This document shows, in pieces, positions 49,520 to 62,609 of a stretch of 64,000 bases of DNA (the first letter of the stretch is position 1; each line of letters begins with the position of its first letter). Both the position numbers and the translations under genes were made by a program. The DNA comes from Octopus vulgaris (Eukaryota), in the NCBI GenBank assembly GCA_951406725.2, contig OX597834.1:16802001-16866000 (forward strand), read 5' to 3'. The notes below the pieces were generated by a model. That model was not told the origin of the DNA. It saw only the letters and a program-made list of their open reading frames with translations, and did no database searches.

Positions 49520-50335
49520 GTGAAAGGCAGACTGTATTATGCAAACAGCTATGCTACACAGCCATGAAACATGGGCTGTAACTGCAGAGGACATGCATAG
49601 GCTTGTAAAGATGAAGCTAGTATGTTCCACTGGATGTGTAATGTCAGTGTGTATGCATGACAAAGTGTGTCCTGAGAGAAAAGATGGACATAAGAAGCAT
49701 CAGATGTGGTGTGCAAGAGAGATGACTCTGCTAGTATGGTCATGTGATGCATATGGACGAGGACAACCATGTGAAGAAGTGTCACACTCCGGCAGTAGAG
49801 GGAACCTATGGAAGAGGTAGACCCTAGAAGACATGGGACGAGGTAGTGAAGCATGATCTTCGAATGTTGGACCTTACAGAGCCAATGATAAGTGACCAAG
49901 ATGTTTGGAGAGATGCCATGCTTGAGAAGAGCTATCAAGCCAAGTAAGATCATAGTCATGGCTGATGCCAGTGTCGTGTAATTGGTCTATTAAAAGCATT
50001 CTTCAATCGTTGGGCGATATACTGGGCTGTTGAACCGAGTGAAATCGTAGTCGTGGCCAATGCTAGTGCTGACTTACTAACACTTATGCCACTGGCACGT
50101 AAAAAAAAAAGACCGTTCAAGCATTGGGCCTCATGGACGCAGTGATAGGTGATTGAGACCTTCGGTAATACACCGTGCCTGTGTAGACCTGTCGAGCCAA
50201 GTGAGACCGTAGTTGGGGGCCAATGCCAGTGTCAAGTCATTGGCACTCGTGCGAGTGGCACATAAAAAGCCTCCGCTACACTCTTGGAGTGGTGGGTGTC
50301 AGAACAGGCATCCAGCCAGAGAAACCTTGCCAAAT
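49520..50335 (+). mobile_element. Decayed RTE LINE: ORF2 C-terminus plus 3'UTR
   Basis: MLHSHETWAVTAEDM..WYGHV-like..GRGRP*KTWDEVVKHDLRML; the UTR carries the gcacgtaaaaa repeats and ggcatccagcc. Confidence 0.8.
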
Positions 50336-50790
50336 CAGAACACTTCCGCCAAACCTTTTAGGGATAGCTTCCTCTCAGCCCATTGCTGAGTGAGAGTCAC
50401 TACCCCACTTGTTATCTTGTCCCAGTTCTTCTCCATTTGGAGGTCTGGACCGAACCAGACCCCAAGCAATTTAAGCAATCCATCAGTCCAGCATCCCACG
50501 AGGGAGACACTGTTGGATGGCATGGGCTTGCTTCTCCCGGTGCTAAGCTGCAACCCCATTGACTTTTCCTGGTTAATTTTCGCTCTCGTTACCACTTTGT
50601 ATTCTTTTAGTGTCTTGCCGACAGGTTGATATAGCTGTGGCTAGACACTATGATGGTGACATCGGTCTGCAAATGGAGACATTCTTGTGGGATGCCTCTC
50701 AGCATCGCCAGCTTCCGCAGTAGTGGCTTGAGAGTCAATACGTACAGAAGCAAGAAGATGGAACATCCCTGACGTACTGAACGTGCAGTA
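50336..50790 (-). mobile_element. Tx1/L1-like LINE reverse-transcriptase fragment
   Basis: AKINQEKS..LKLLGVWFG..NWDKI..W.ERKLSLKG, the post-YADD region typical of Tx1/L1 RTs. Confidence 0.65.
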
Positions 50791-50796
50791 TCAAAT

Positions 50797-51028
50797 GGCG
50801 GCGAGCTGGCAGAAACGTTAGCACGTCGGGCGAAATGCTCAGCGGTATTTCGTCTGCGTTACGTTGTGAGTTCAAATTCCGCCGAGGTCGACTTTGCCTT
50901 TCATCCTTTCGGGGTCGATAAATTAAGTACCAGTTACGCACTGGGATCGATGTAATCGATTTAATACCTATGTCTGTCCTTGTTTGTCCCCTCTGTGTTT
51001 AGCCCCTTGTGGGTAATAAAGAAATAGG
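50797..51028 (+). mobile_element. Meta/MESC-domain tRNA-SINE (family 2), full length
   Basis: Head ggcggcgagctggcagaaacgttagc, B-box-like gagttcaaattcc, core gcctttcatcctttcggggtcgataaa, tail aataaagaaata. Confidence 0.85.
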
Positions 51029-51382
51029 TCTGGATAGATACCCATTCATGCAATTTTTTTTTTTTTTTTTTCAAAATCACAATCTCTGTATTTTTGTATG
51101 TATTTCGCCAAAAAAAAAATTCCAGAAAAAGCGAAAATCTTTCTGTACCAATTGATACTTAACTAAACATCAATATATTCACACAGGAGAGGGACCACAT
51201 GCCCATGATTTTTACATTAAATCATTCTCTCCTGGGGAAAGGGGAACTGAAATTTTGAAGTTGCGATTTTTGAAAGTTTTTTTTTCTTTTTTTTTTTTCA
51301 GAATCTGAATCTCCGTAGCCAAAAACGTGAGATTTCGTTAAAAAAAAAAATTGGCGGGACAAGGGTTCCGTTTACATATCCT

Positions 51383-52270
51383 GGATCTTTTCAATTCTGA
51401 AGCCAGTTTTTTCAAATTTTTCCTACAGAACCAAACAATTTGAAACTTCGTATACTGGTAGAATGTGTCAAAAGTAAACTTAATTGTAAACCAGAATGAA
51501 AACGGAATTGTAACTTCTAAGTTTAACGTTGTTTAATAATTAGAATTTTAACCAATGATATTCCGTCATTCGGCTTTATTTTATTTACTCCGTCTCGACC
51601 ACCAATTTGGTGACGTATTAAACATCTTAAATGTAAACAGACCGCATGTCTCCGTGAAATCTCCTAATTATTTAACGTACTCATGTTTCCAGGATCCTAT
51701 AGTCAGCCACCTTCTAATAACAATATTTAAAACTAGTTAATAAGCCACATGTATTAAATTGAAAATGTTTCCATTCTGTTAGTACTTGCTTTCGTTTGCT
51801 ATTAAGAAGTAGCATCTCAGTGACGAGGCTTCTAACAAGATTTCGTTTCTAAGCTAATGCGTTTCATTTCACTTATTGTATTTATTTGTGCAAAAGGCAA
51901 GAAATTTAATATTAAAAAAACAAAGAGCTGGCAGAAACGTTAGCACGCCGGGCGAAATGCGTAGCCGTATTTCGTCTGCCGTTACGTTCTGTGTTTGTTT
52001 ACAGTTTTCAAACGAACGTTAGTACGTCACAAAAGCGCTTTCTACGTCACACTAATAGAATGCAGTCAAGTTTTACACATGAAAACAAACAATCTGATTG
52101 GTTAAAATTCGCAGTTTTAATCTACGATTAAAGTCATAAAATAGATTTTTCTCAAATAAACTAGTTCCAACCTGTGTCTTGTTTTGCTAGACTCTATCAG
52201 CATACGAAGTTTCAGATTATTTAGTTAAGTAGAAAGATCTGTGGTCCTGGCTTCAGAATTGAAAAGATCC
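51383..52270. mobile_element. Non-autonomous DNA transposon, 24-bp perfect TIR, 8-bp TSD (Merlin-like)
   Basis: TIR ggatcttttcaattctgaagccag; TSD CATATCCT at 51375-51382 and 52271-52278. Confidence 0.85.
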
Positions 52271-52362
52271 CATATCCTCCATCTGGACCAAATATTTAAC
52301 AACAAGCAGTTTTTTCAACACAAATAAAGCCAAACTTAATTGCAGCCGATCTGTCAACAGAT

Positions 52363-52735
52363 GGATGGAAGCACTCCGTCGATTACGACGATGAGGGTTC
52401 CGGTTGATCCGATCAACGGAACAGCCTGCTCGTGAAATTAACGTGTAAGTGGCTGAGCACTCCACAGACACGTGTACCCTTAACGTAGTTCTCGGGGATT
52501 TTCAGCGTGACACAGAGAGTGACAAGGCCGGCCCTTTGAAATACAGGTACAACAGAAACAGGAAGTAAGAGTGAGAGAAAGTTGTGGTGAAAGAGTACAG
52601 CAGGGATCACCACCATCCCCTGCCGGAGCCTCGTGGAGCTTTAGGTGTTTTTCGTTCAATATACACTCACAACGCCCGGTCTGGGAATCGAAACCGCGAG
52701 TCCGCTGCCCTAACCACTGGGCCATTGCGCCTCCA
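52363..52735 (-). mobile_element. tRNA-derived SINE family 3, full length
   Basis: A-box tggcccagtggttagg, B-box ggtttcgattccc, (CCAT)n tail, 12-bp TSD CTGTCAACAGAT. Confidence 0.85.
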
Positions 52736-52784
52736 CTGTCAACAGATTCCCACATGTCTATCTCTCCAACTGATATTTCAAGCA

Positions 52785-52804
52785 GCGCATGTGTAACCGG
52801 ATGT
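52785..52804 (+). promoter_or_regulatory. NRF1-like + ETS motif, putative ZNF-F promoter
   Basis: GCGCATGTGTAACCGGATGT; an old family 2 SINE (~52840-53035) lies between it and the donor at 53139. Confidence 0.55.
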
Positions 52805-53473
52805 TTATTCCCGATACGAAATATCGATTTCTAAGTTTGACAGAACACCAGCAATTTCGGTGGAGGGGTTCAGTCGATCACATCGATCCCAGCACTCAAT
52901 TAGTACATATTTTTTATCGAGCCCACTGAAGGAAAGGTACAGTCAACCTCGCTGGAATTTGAAAATCCGAACGTAAGGACACGAAATGCCGCCAAATATT
53001 TTGCCCGGTCTTACAAACGATTCTGTCGCCTGATTCGATGCTAAATATTGATAAATTAATCCCTGATGGGGGCTTCTGACTTTAATGAGTGCATATAATA
53101 ACACAAGACTAACATTACTGACTTCTTAATAACACGAGGTATTTTGCTTAATGTTCTTCTCTTGATTCAATAGGGGTTTTTTTCTTATTGCTTTCATTAA
53201 TATAACTTTTGGTGAATATGACGAATTAAGGCTTAATTTCAAAGATGAGGAATGTATAAAACCACGATGGGTTTTACTTGACATTGTGAAATGAAATCGA
53301 ATCATTGTTCACTACGTTCGTGAATTTACAATGATCAGAAAAATTGGAAGTTCATAATTTCTGATTATTATTGTTATTGTATCTTACAATTAATGTTTTT
53401 CCCATAGGTCGGTATTGAATTAATTGCCTGTAATTATATTTGAATCGAGATTTTTTTCTTCCTCTACTACATA

Positions 53474-53864
53474 TCTTTATATATAAAAGAAAGGTTGTGT
53501 GTCTGTCTACTCCGATTTAGATTCCTAACTACTCCCACATTTTGCAATGCAGTTTAACCAAAACCGGGTATCTTATAGTCGTGATTCATATCGAGCCCTT
53601 CTGGTTATTAGCGCGCATCTACGATGAGTCTACGATTAAAAAAAAAATTTACCATCATTTTTTCCATTTTAATGCATATTTTTTTTAATATAAGGGAAGT
53701 AACTCTCTAAAAATGTCTACGATGAGTCAACGATTTAAAAAAAATTTACCATCATATTTTTTCCATTTTTAATGCATTTTTTGCTATTTTTTGGCTATAA
53801 CTCTCTAAAATGCTTTATAGTTATTTCCCTTACAAACCCGAGCAACGCCGGGCGATACTGCTAC
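53474..53864 (+). mobile_element. Non-autonomous Helitron
   Basis: 5' TCTTTATATATAAAA, 3' hairpin, CTAC variant end. Confidence 0.85.
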
Positions 53865-54029
53865 TTGTTTTATAATGGAAACATTATTAACTCTTAAATA
53901 TTGTTGCATCGTAAAATTGTGTTCCTGATTTTGTTTTGGAAGGGAAACGAAATATCGTTTACTACGGGGAGAAGATATTTTCATTTTAAAAGCACGTGTA
54001 TAAGGATAATACAAAAAAAAATACAGTAC

Positions 54030-54398
54030 TGGCTGTGTGGTAAGTAGCTTGCTAACCAACCACATGGTTCCGGGTTCAGTCCCACTGCGTGGCATCTTGG
54101 GCAAGTGTCTTCTGCTATAGCCCCGAGCCGACCAATGCCTTGTGAGTGGATTTGGTAGACGGAGACTGAAAGAAGCCCGTCGTATATATATATGCGTGTG
54201 TGTGTCTGTATTTGTCCCCCTAGCATTGCTTGACAACCGATGCTGGTGTGTTTATGTCCCCGTTACCTAGCGGTTCGGTAAAAGAGACCGATAGAATAAG
54301 TACTGGGCTTATAAAAAAAAAAGATTATAGGCGGTGCTCCAGCATGGCCGCAGTCAAATGACTGAAACAAGTAAAAGAGTAAAAAAAGAGTAAGAGTA
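54030..54398 (+). mobile_element. CORE-type SINE family 1
   Basis: Homology to other copies. Confidence 0.8.
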
Positions 54399-54413
54399 AC
54401 TTGCATGGACTCG

Positions 54414-54821
54414 GGATCTTCTAGGTTTGAACGGCAGTTTTTAAAATGATTTCTAGGTAACTAAAAAATTTTAAACTTCGTATACTGGTAGAATGTGTTT
54501 ATAAAACAAATTTTTCTCTTGGCTTTATTGAGAAAATTCTATAGTTTGTAAGGTATTTGTTGTTTTTTTTTCTGCAATTTCAACCAATCACTGACGTCCA
54601 TTGAGGTAAAAAAAAAAACATTCTGTGCCGTATGAATATGTCCCTCGTTTAAGAAACAGATTGGGTTTATTTACATTTGTGAAGAAAAAAAGATACCCTT
54701 CCCCCCACCCCTAACCCTAAAACGGATTGAAATGCAATAGATCGATACTAGGGTCATAATTATGGGTGACAATTTCATATGACACCGCTAGAAAAAACTG
54801 CCATTCAAACCGAAAAGATGC
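54414..54821. mobile_element. MITE, ~27-bp TIR, 8-bp TSD (Merlin-like)
   Basis: ggatcttctaggtttgaacggcagtttt / aaaactgccattcaaaccgaaaagatgc; TSD TGGACTCG / TGGACTTG; partial copies at 12688 and ~63510-63741. Confidence 0.75.
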
Positions 54822-55047
54822 TGGACTTGTTCTGCTCTGTCTGAATTGACCTGGGTTTAAAGAGTAATTGACCAACGATGGAAGACCTTCCTGGTCAGAA
54901 AGCCCCATGTCCACCACTCTGTAATTTAAGATAAATAATCTGGTCGTGTTGCTGTCGTCTATGATGTGTAAACCTCATATGAGTTATAATTTTAACAAAT
55001 TTAAAGTTCAAATATCGACGGAAATGTTTACATTTACAGTTTATCAA

Positions 55048-55510
55048 TCATCATCATCATCATCATCATCATCGTTTAACGTCCGCTTTCCATGCTAGCA
55101 TGGGTTGGACGGTTCAACTGGGGTCTGGCAAGCTCGAAGGCTGCACCAGGCCAGTCAGATCTGGCAGTGTTTCTACAGCTGGATGCCCTTCCTAACGCCA
55201 ACCACTCCGAGAGTGTAGTGGGTGATTTTATGTGCCACCGACACAGGTGCCGGACGAGGCTGGCATACGGCCACGCTCGGATGGTGTTTTTATGTGCCAC
55301 CAAAACAGGTGCCAGACGAGGCTGGCAGACGGCCACGCTCGGATGGTGTTTTTATGTGCCACCGACACAGGTGCCAGACGAGGCTGGCGAACGGCCACGC
55401 TCGGATGGTGTTTGTTACGTGCCCTCAGCACGGAGGCCAGTCGATGCGGTACTGGCTACGGTCACGTTCGGATGGTTTTCTTATGTGCCACCGGCACTGG
55501 TACCACAAGG
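55048..55510 (-). mobile_element. RTE 3'UTR element with ~61-bp minisatellite
   Basis: (CAT)n tail; three near-identical gtgccaccgacacaggtgccagacgaggctggc..cggccacgctcggatgg units. Confidence 0.8.
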
Positions 55511-55957
55511 ATACAAATTCCATTCATGTTCATCTATTTTGATTTGGTTTGATTTGATTTAGTAAATTTTTCATCGCTGAAACTACTTTTAAAATCCTGT
55601 ATATCTTACACCGTTTCTCTATTATTTCAGAAATATCAGATGCCATTGGCATACAGGTATCTCATACATCAGATGTTTCATCGATATTTATCATAATCTA
55701 AAAAGAAAAGGAAGTTCCTACATGGAATGGATATAATCCCGTTTCTTTGAAATCTGAGAAAATTGGTGAAATCATTAGTAAGGTTTTACTACTTCACTGC
55801 CTGAAATACATTCAAGAGTATGTTATGTTCTAATTGAAGTCGGACATTATTACGAAAGATTTTTGCAGTATCTTCAATCATCAGCAAGGATCGCGTTCCA
55901 TGGATATATAGCAGTAGAAATAACTAAAGAAAATACAAGAACAAGAGGGGAATAATT

Positions 55958-56886
55958 ATGGAAAATGAATACTCTAAGAATCCAATTCAAATCAAAACAG
56001 AGTCTGAGAGTATTGATATTCCTGATGAGATGCGAAAAGAGACAGAAAAAACGTCATATTTCTGTAACGTGTGTAAAAAGTCATTCTCAGAAAGACGTTG
56101 CTTGATTGAGCACAAACATATTCACGCGGGAGGAAAACTATATCATTGTGACATTTGTAGTAAATCATTCTCTAAAAGTGGCACCTTAAATTTACACAAA
56201 CGTATTCATACAGGAGAGACACCATATCACTGTGATATCTGTGGTGAATGTTTCTCAAGAAATAGTGCATTACTTACACATATGCATATCCATACAGGAG
56301 AAAAGCCACATCAGTGTAATATCTGTGGTAAATCCTTTCCCACAAGTAGTAAATTAAATACTCACAAACGCGTTCACACTGGTGAAAGACCATATCATTG
56401 TGATATCTGTGGTCAATCGTTCTCTGAAAATAGTACCTTAACCAAACACAAATATGTTCATATAGGAGAGAAGCCATATCAGTGTAATATCTGTGGTAAA
56501 TCATTTTCTATAAGTAGTACCTTAAACAGGCACAAACGTATTCATACAGGAGAGAAGCCATATCATTGTGATATCTGTGGTGAGTCATTTTCTCAGAGTT
56601 GTAATTTAAATAGTCACAAACGTACACATACAGGAGAAAAACCATATCACTGTGATATCTGCGGTAAATCATTTTCGAAGAGTTGTAATTTAAATAGTCA
56701 CAAACGTGTACATACAGGAGAAAAACCATATCACTGTGATATCTGTGGTAGGTCATTCTCTGAAAATTGCATCTTAAATTCTCACAAACGTATTCATACA
56801 GGAGAGAAACCATATCACTGTGACATATGTGGTAAATCATTCTCTGAAAGTAGTAACTTAAATAGACACACACATATTCATACAGG

Positions 56887-56911
<25 letters not shown>
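55958..56911 (+). CDS. C2H2 zinc-finger protein ZNF-F (317 aa, 10 fingers; last ~7 aa from a SINE)
   Basis: Intact ORF reading into the SINE head (..[10 protein letters not shown]). Confidence 0.85.
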
Positions 56912-57441
<530 letters not shown>

Positions 57442-57463
57442 TAGTCATTTAATACTTGTGGCT

Positions 57464-57679
57464 CTCTTTACTCTTTTACTTGTTTCAGTCATTTGGCTGC
57501 GGCCATGCTGGAGCACCGCCTTTAATCGAGCAAATCGACCCCGGGACTTATTCTTTGTAAGCCTAGTACTTATTCTATCGGTCTCTTTTGCCGAACCGCT
57601 AAGTGACGGGGACGTAGTCACACCAGCATCGGTTGTCAAGCAATGCTAGGGGGGCAAACACACACACATACATACATAC

Positions 57680-57720
<41 letters not shown>

Positions 57721-58129
57721 CTGGTGGCACATAAAATATACCAATCCGACCGTGGCCGTTGCCAGCCTCGCCTGGCACCTGTGCAGGTGGCACGTAAAAA
57801 GCACCCACTACACTCACAGAGTGGTTGGCGCTAGGAAGGGCATCCAGCTGTAGAAACATTGCCAGATAAGACTGGAGCCTGGTGCAGCCTTCTGGCTTCC
57901 CAGACCCCAGTTGAACCGTCCAACCCATGCTAGCATGGAGAACGGACGTTAAACGATGATGATGATGATGATACGACGGGCTTCTTTCAGTTTCCGTCTA
58001 CCAAATCCACTCACAAGGCATTGGTTGGCCCGGGGCTATAGCAGAAGACACTTGCCCAAGATGCCATGCAGTGGGACTGAACCCGGAACCATGTGGTTGG
58101 TTAGCAAGCTACTTACCACACAGCCACTC
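57464..58129 (-). mobile_element. Family 1 SINE with a plus-strand RTE 3'UTR element (57718-57972) nested at its (TA)n tract
   Basis: SINE halves flank the RTE-UTR sequence, which ends in (GAT)n. Confidence 0.8.
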
Positions 58130-58599
58130 CGGCAAACCATTCTGTGAAAATGTTTGTTTAAACAAGGACATACAGATTCATAATGGGAGAAAAGCCATTT
58201 CAGTGTCATATTTCTGGTAAATCTCATTCTATGAGGCTCCGGCAGGGATGGTGGTGATCCCTGCTGTACTCTTTCACCACAACTTTCTCTCACTCTTACT
58301 TCCTGTTTCTGTTGTACCTGTATTTCAAAGGGCCGGCCTTGTCACGCTGAACATAAGCATGTTCACACAGCAGAATAACCATTTCACTGTGATCATCATC
58401 ATCATCATCATCGTCGTTTAACGTCCGTTCTCCATGCTAGCATGGGTTGGACGGTTCGACCGGGGTTCTGGGAAGCCAGAAGGCTGCACCAGGCTCCAGT
58501 CTAATCTGGCAATGTTTCTACAGCTGGATGCCCTTCCTAACGCCAACCACTCCGTGAGTGTATCTGTTGAATATCCTATTCTAGTAGTGGTGTGTTAAA

Positions 58600-58984
58600 T
58601 CTTTATATATAAAAGTAAGGTTGTGTGTCTGTCTACTCCGATTTAGATTCCTAACTACTCCCACATTTTGCGGTGCAGTTTAACCAAAACTGGGTATCTT
58701 ATAGTCGTGATTCATATCGAGCCCTTCTGGGTATTAGCGCATGTCTACGATGAGTCTACGATTTTAAAAATAATTTACCATCAATTTTTCCCATTTTTAA
58801 TGCATTTTTGGCATATATAAGGGAAGTAACTCTCTAAAAATGTCTACGATGAGTCAACGATTCTTTTTTTAAAATTACCATAATTTTTTTTCCATTTTTA
58901 ATGCATTTTTTGGCTATAACTCTCTAAAAATGCTTTATAGTTATTTCCCTTACAAACCCGAGCAACGCCGGGCGATACTGCTAG
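58600..58984 (+). mobile_element. Non-autonomous Helitron, canonical ends
   Basis: A|TC...CCCGAGCAACGCCGGG..CTAG|T, inserted in a finger remnant (gtgttaaa | tattcat). Confidence 0.9.
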
Positions 58985-59468
58985 TATTCATATACAATTA
59001 AAACCATTTCACTATATCACCTGCTTTTAATCATTTTCGGGAGGTTGTACCTGAACTAAGCATAAGCAATCTCAGGCAAGTGGGAGGCCATATCAGTGTG
59101 ATATCTGTGGTGAATCAGTTTCTGAAAGTGGTTCCTTAAGTTAGCATAGACATATTCATTCAGCTGAGAAACCACACCATTTTCATGTCTGTGGGAAACC
59201 TTTCTCACAAAATGTTAACTTAGCTCTACACAATCGCACACATACAGGTGTAGGAGTGGCTGTGTGGTAAGTAGCTTGCTTACGAACCGCATGATTCCGG
59301 GTTCAGTCCCACTGCGTGGCACCTTGGGTAAGTGTCTTCTACTTTTTTTTAGTATTTTTGCCTATTTGACGATGAATCACGGCTCATGCGGCCCGATTCC
59401 CGAAGAGGGTTGCTCATATAATATATGTGTATATATATGTATGTATATTAAAAAAAAAATAGACAATA

Positions 59469-59867
59469 GGCGCAGGAGTGGCTGTGTGGTAAGTAGCTTG
59501 CTAACCAACCACATGGTTCCGGGTTCAGTTCCACTGCGTGGCACCTTGGGTAAGTGTCTTCTACTATAGCCTCGGGCCAACCAAAGCCTTGTGAGTGGAT
59601 TTGGTAGACGGAAACTGAAAGAAGCCTGTCGTATATATATATATATATATGTATGTGCGTGTTTGTGTGTCTGTGTTTGTGTCCCCAACATCGCTTGACA
59701 ACCAATGCTGGTGTGTTTACGTCCCTGTAAACTTAGCGGTTCGGCAAAAAAGAGACCGATAAAATAAGTATTAGGCTTACAAAGAATAAATCCTGGGGGC
59801 GATTTGATTGACTAAAGGCAGTGCTCCAGCGTGGCCACAGTCACATGACTGAAACGAGTAAAAGAGT
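59469..59867 (+). mobile_element. CORE-type SINE family 1 (plus a 5' fragment at 59248-59343)
   Basis: Homology to other copies. Confidence 0.8.
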
Positions 59868-60107
59868 ATTCAGGTTGGACGCCACATCTGTGAGAAATCA
59901 TTCTGTACCAATTGATATTTAACTAAACATCAATATATTCATACAGGAGAGGGACCACATGCCCATGATGTTTACATTAAATCATTCTCTCCTGGTGGAG
60001 CTTCAATTATATACAAACACACCCATACTGGTGAGAAGCCATATCCTTGTGTTATCTGTGGAAAACCTTTCTCTCAAAATGTTAACTTAGCTCTACACAA
60101 ACATACA

Positions 60108-60441
60108 CACCCGTGGATATATTTACAAAGTCAGAAAACAGCACAGCTCCCATGACTTTCGGAAACATTTTTTCACGCTGAGAGTTGCTGAAGCATGGAA
60201 CAAACTGCCGGCATCAGTTGTTAGTTGTCGAAGCACTGCATCCTTCAAAACTTCTATGCTTTTTGAGATTCACCAACATTGCACCTGATTTTCTCCCCTC
60301 CATACACATGCAAGCATGTATCTGACTCATACATTGTTCGCTTTCCAGACATTTATACATTACTGCATATACTCTATATGCACTTTCTGACAAGTTGTGG
60401 TGCACCTGAGCACTGTATACAATAATTTCATTATTATTATA
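60108..60441 (+). mobile_element. CR1-clade LINE 3' end
   Basis: Closely similar to 17488-17807; FFTLRVAEAWNKLP; (ATT)n tail. Confidence 0.8.
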
Positions 60442-60665
60442 TATTATATATACTAATAAGCTATATCAGTTTGCCAACTGTGAGAAATCATGCTTATCTA
60501 ATCTCAAATACATTCACAGAACAGAACAAAAGCTGTACGTTTGTGATATTTGGTAAATCATTCTCTAGGAATTTTGAAGTAACTAAACACAAATGTCTTC
60601 ATACTGAGGAGTAATCATATCACAGACATGTTTGGCTATTTTTTTTATGGAAATGGGTGGCTTAA

Positions 60666-60898
60666 CCCTTTAGCATTTAAACCGGCCATATCCGGCAAAA
60701 AGTATTGACTGGAGTATTCTGCCTGTTTTATGTTCAAACTGGCCAGATCTGGTCTCTCACACCAGCCCTACAATATCGTTTTAAAAGTTAACAGCTACTT
60801 CATCAAAATCTCAAAGCTACAAGATAATGCATGATTAGTTCAAAACAATGTGGATGAAGAAGCATTAATTTTGGCAGAATAATGCGAACACTAAAGGG
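60666..60898. mobile_element. piggyBac-type MITE
   Basis: TTAA-CCCTTTAG...CTAAAGGG-TTAA; single TTAA at the paralogous empty site (46515-46518). Confidence 0.9.
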
Positions 60899-61217
60899 TT
60901 AAAACAACTCACATTTATTTAAACAGAAGAGAAGCAGTATCAGCTTCATATTTGTAGTAAATTAATTTCTGTTGGTGATGGCTAAACAAGACACAAATAT
61001 ATTAAAATGAAAGAGAAGCCATATCACTGCGGTATCTGTAGACACAAAAAAACATGCTATAACAATATGATAAGGGTATTCTAACAATATATTTGATATA
61101 TGACTACAACTAAAGTAGATTCATTTACAAGTAAATGGATGGATGTGTGGATGGTAGTCTCTCGTATTCCAAAAAAGTTTTTTTGCTGCAGAAACTGCAC
61201 AAATAATTTGTTTATAC

Positions 61218-61569
61218 TGATGCCAGCGCTGCCTCGACTGGCTCCAGTGCCGGTGGCACATAAAAAGCACCATCCAAATGTGGCCAATGCCAGCGCCGCC
61301 TTGGCTGGCTTCCGTGCCGGTGGCACGTTAAAGGCACCAACTGATCATGGCCGATGCCAGACTCCCCTGGCACCTGTGCAGGTGGCACGTAAGGAGCACC
61401 CACTACACTCGCGGAGTGGTTGGCGTTAGGAAGGGCATCCAGCTGTAGAAACTCTGCCAGATCAGACTTGAGCCTGGTGCAGCCCCTGGCTTCTCAGACC
61501 CCGGTCGAACCGTCCAACCCATGCTAGCGTGGAAAACGGACGTTAAACGATGATGATGATGATGATGAT
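61218..61569 (+). mobile_element. 5'-truncated RTE 3'UTR element
   Basis: Minisatellite units, conserved 3' end, (GAT)n tail. Confidence 0.8.
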
Positions 61570-62609
61570 CAAATGTATGTGCTGTATATTAGCTGACTCC
61601 GTCTGCCAAATTGAGATTGACTGAACAGTAGCACAATGTGTTACACATCATGTATGAAAGTTATCGCAGAACAATGTCAGATGAAGCTTTGCTCCAGAAC
61701 ACACAGCAACACCATAACCTCCAAGCTACGTATCCTCCACAAATAAATAAACTTCAAATATTATATTATTGTTTTGTTATTTTATTTTCATATGAAAGTA
61801 TTGTTTCTTGATTTTTTTCTCTGAGTTTAAATAATATTCCTTAAGAAATATTATACTAATACAATGATGGTTATAATGTTAGTGCCAAAAGAAAACAAAT
61901 ATTATAGCACTATTATTCTGCAGATAGCCAATAGATTGTTTATACAAGAGCTCTACAAGTGATAGTATATTAAAAGCAGTATTTCTGAGAGGAAGAATAT
62001 TGGTAACAGAGAAGGGAGGGAGGGCAGGTAGGTAGGTGTTTCTTCCTTTATAGACATTCATATGTGCATTTTGTGTCTTGTGTATCTGATTATAAATACA
62101 AAGAAAATAAGAATGAAAAAAAATTTCACTCTGAAAATCCTGTTTTTTAGGATTTTCTTTTTAAAGTCTATTTGTGTGCACAGGAAGATCCTTAGAGATA
62201 TTAGATAATTTTTGTTACTCTTTCTGTAAGTTATCAGGTTAGTGCCATGAGTGAACTGCAACTGAAATATGCAATTTATATGTGTAATGTGTACACTCTA
62301 TCAAGCCATTAGCTTGCTGCAGATCACACCACAAAGTCAGAGCATCATCTCAAAGACAACAAACACAGATATATATATATATATGTACAATGGGCTTCTG
62401 TCTGCCAAGTCCACTCACATGGCTTCAGTTGGCCTAAAGCTATGGTAGAAGACACTTACTCAAGGTGCCACACATTGAACCTGGAGCCATGTGGTTGGGA
62501 AGCAAACTTCTTACCACACAGAATACTTTTCAAATGGTGTAGATTAAAATCGTATTGCAAAATGCATGAGGAAAAAATAAAAGACTACATGGGTGTGCAT
62601 TGATACATA

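Larger units (their letters stand above)
53139..55630 (+). other. Inferred 5'UTR intron of ZNF-F
   Basis: Donor acacgag|gtatttt; acceptor ctattatttcag|aaatatc. Confidence 0.68.

Noticed and set aside
55092-55562. Overlapping repetitive ORFs
   Set aside because: They arise from the 61-bp minisatellite in an RTE 3'UTR.
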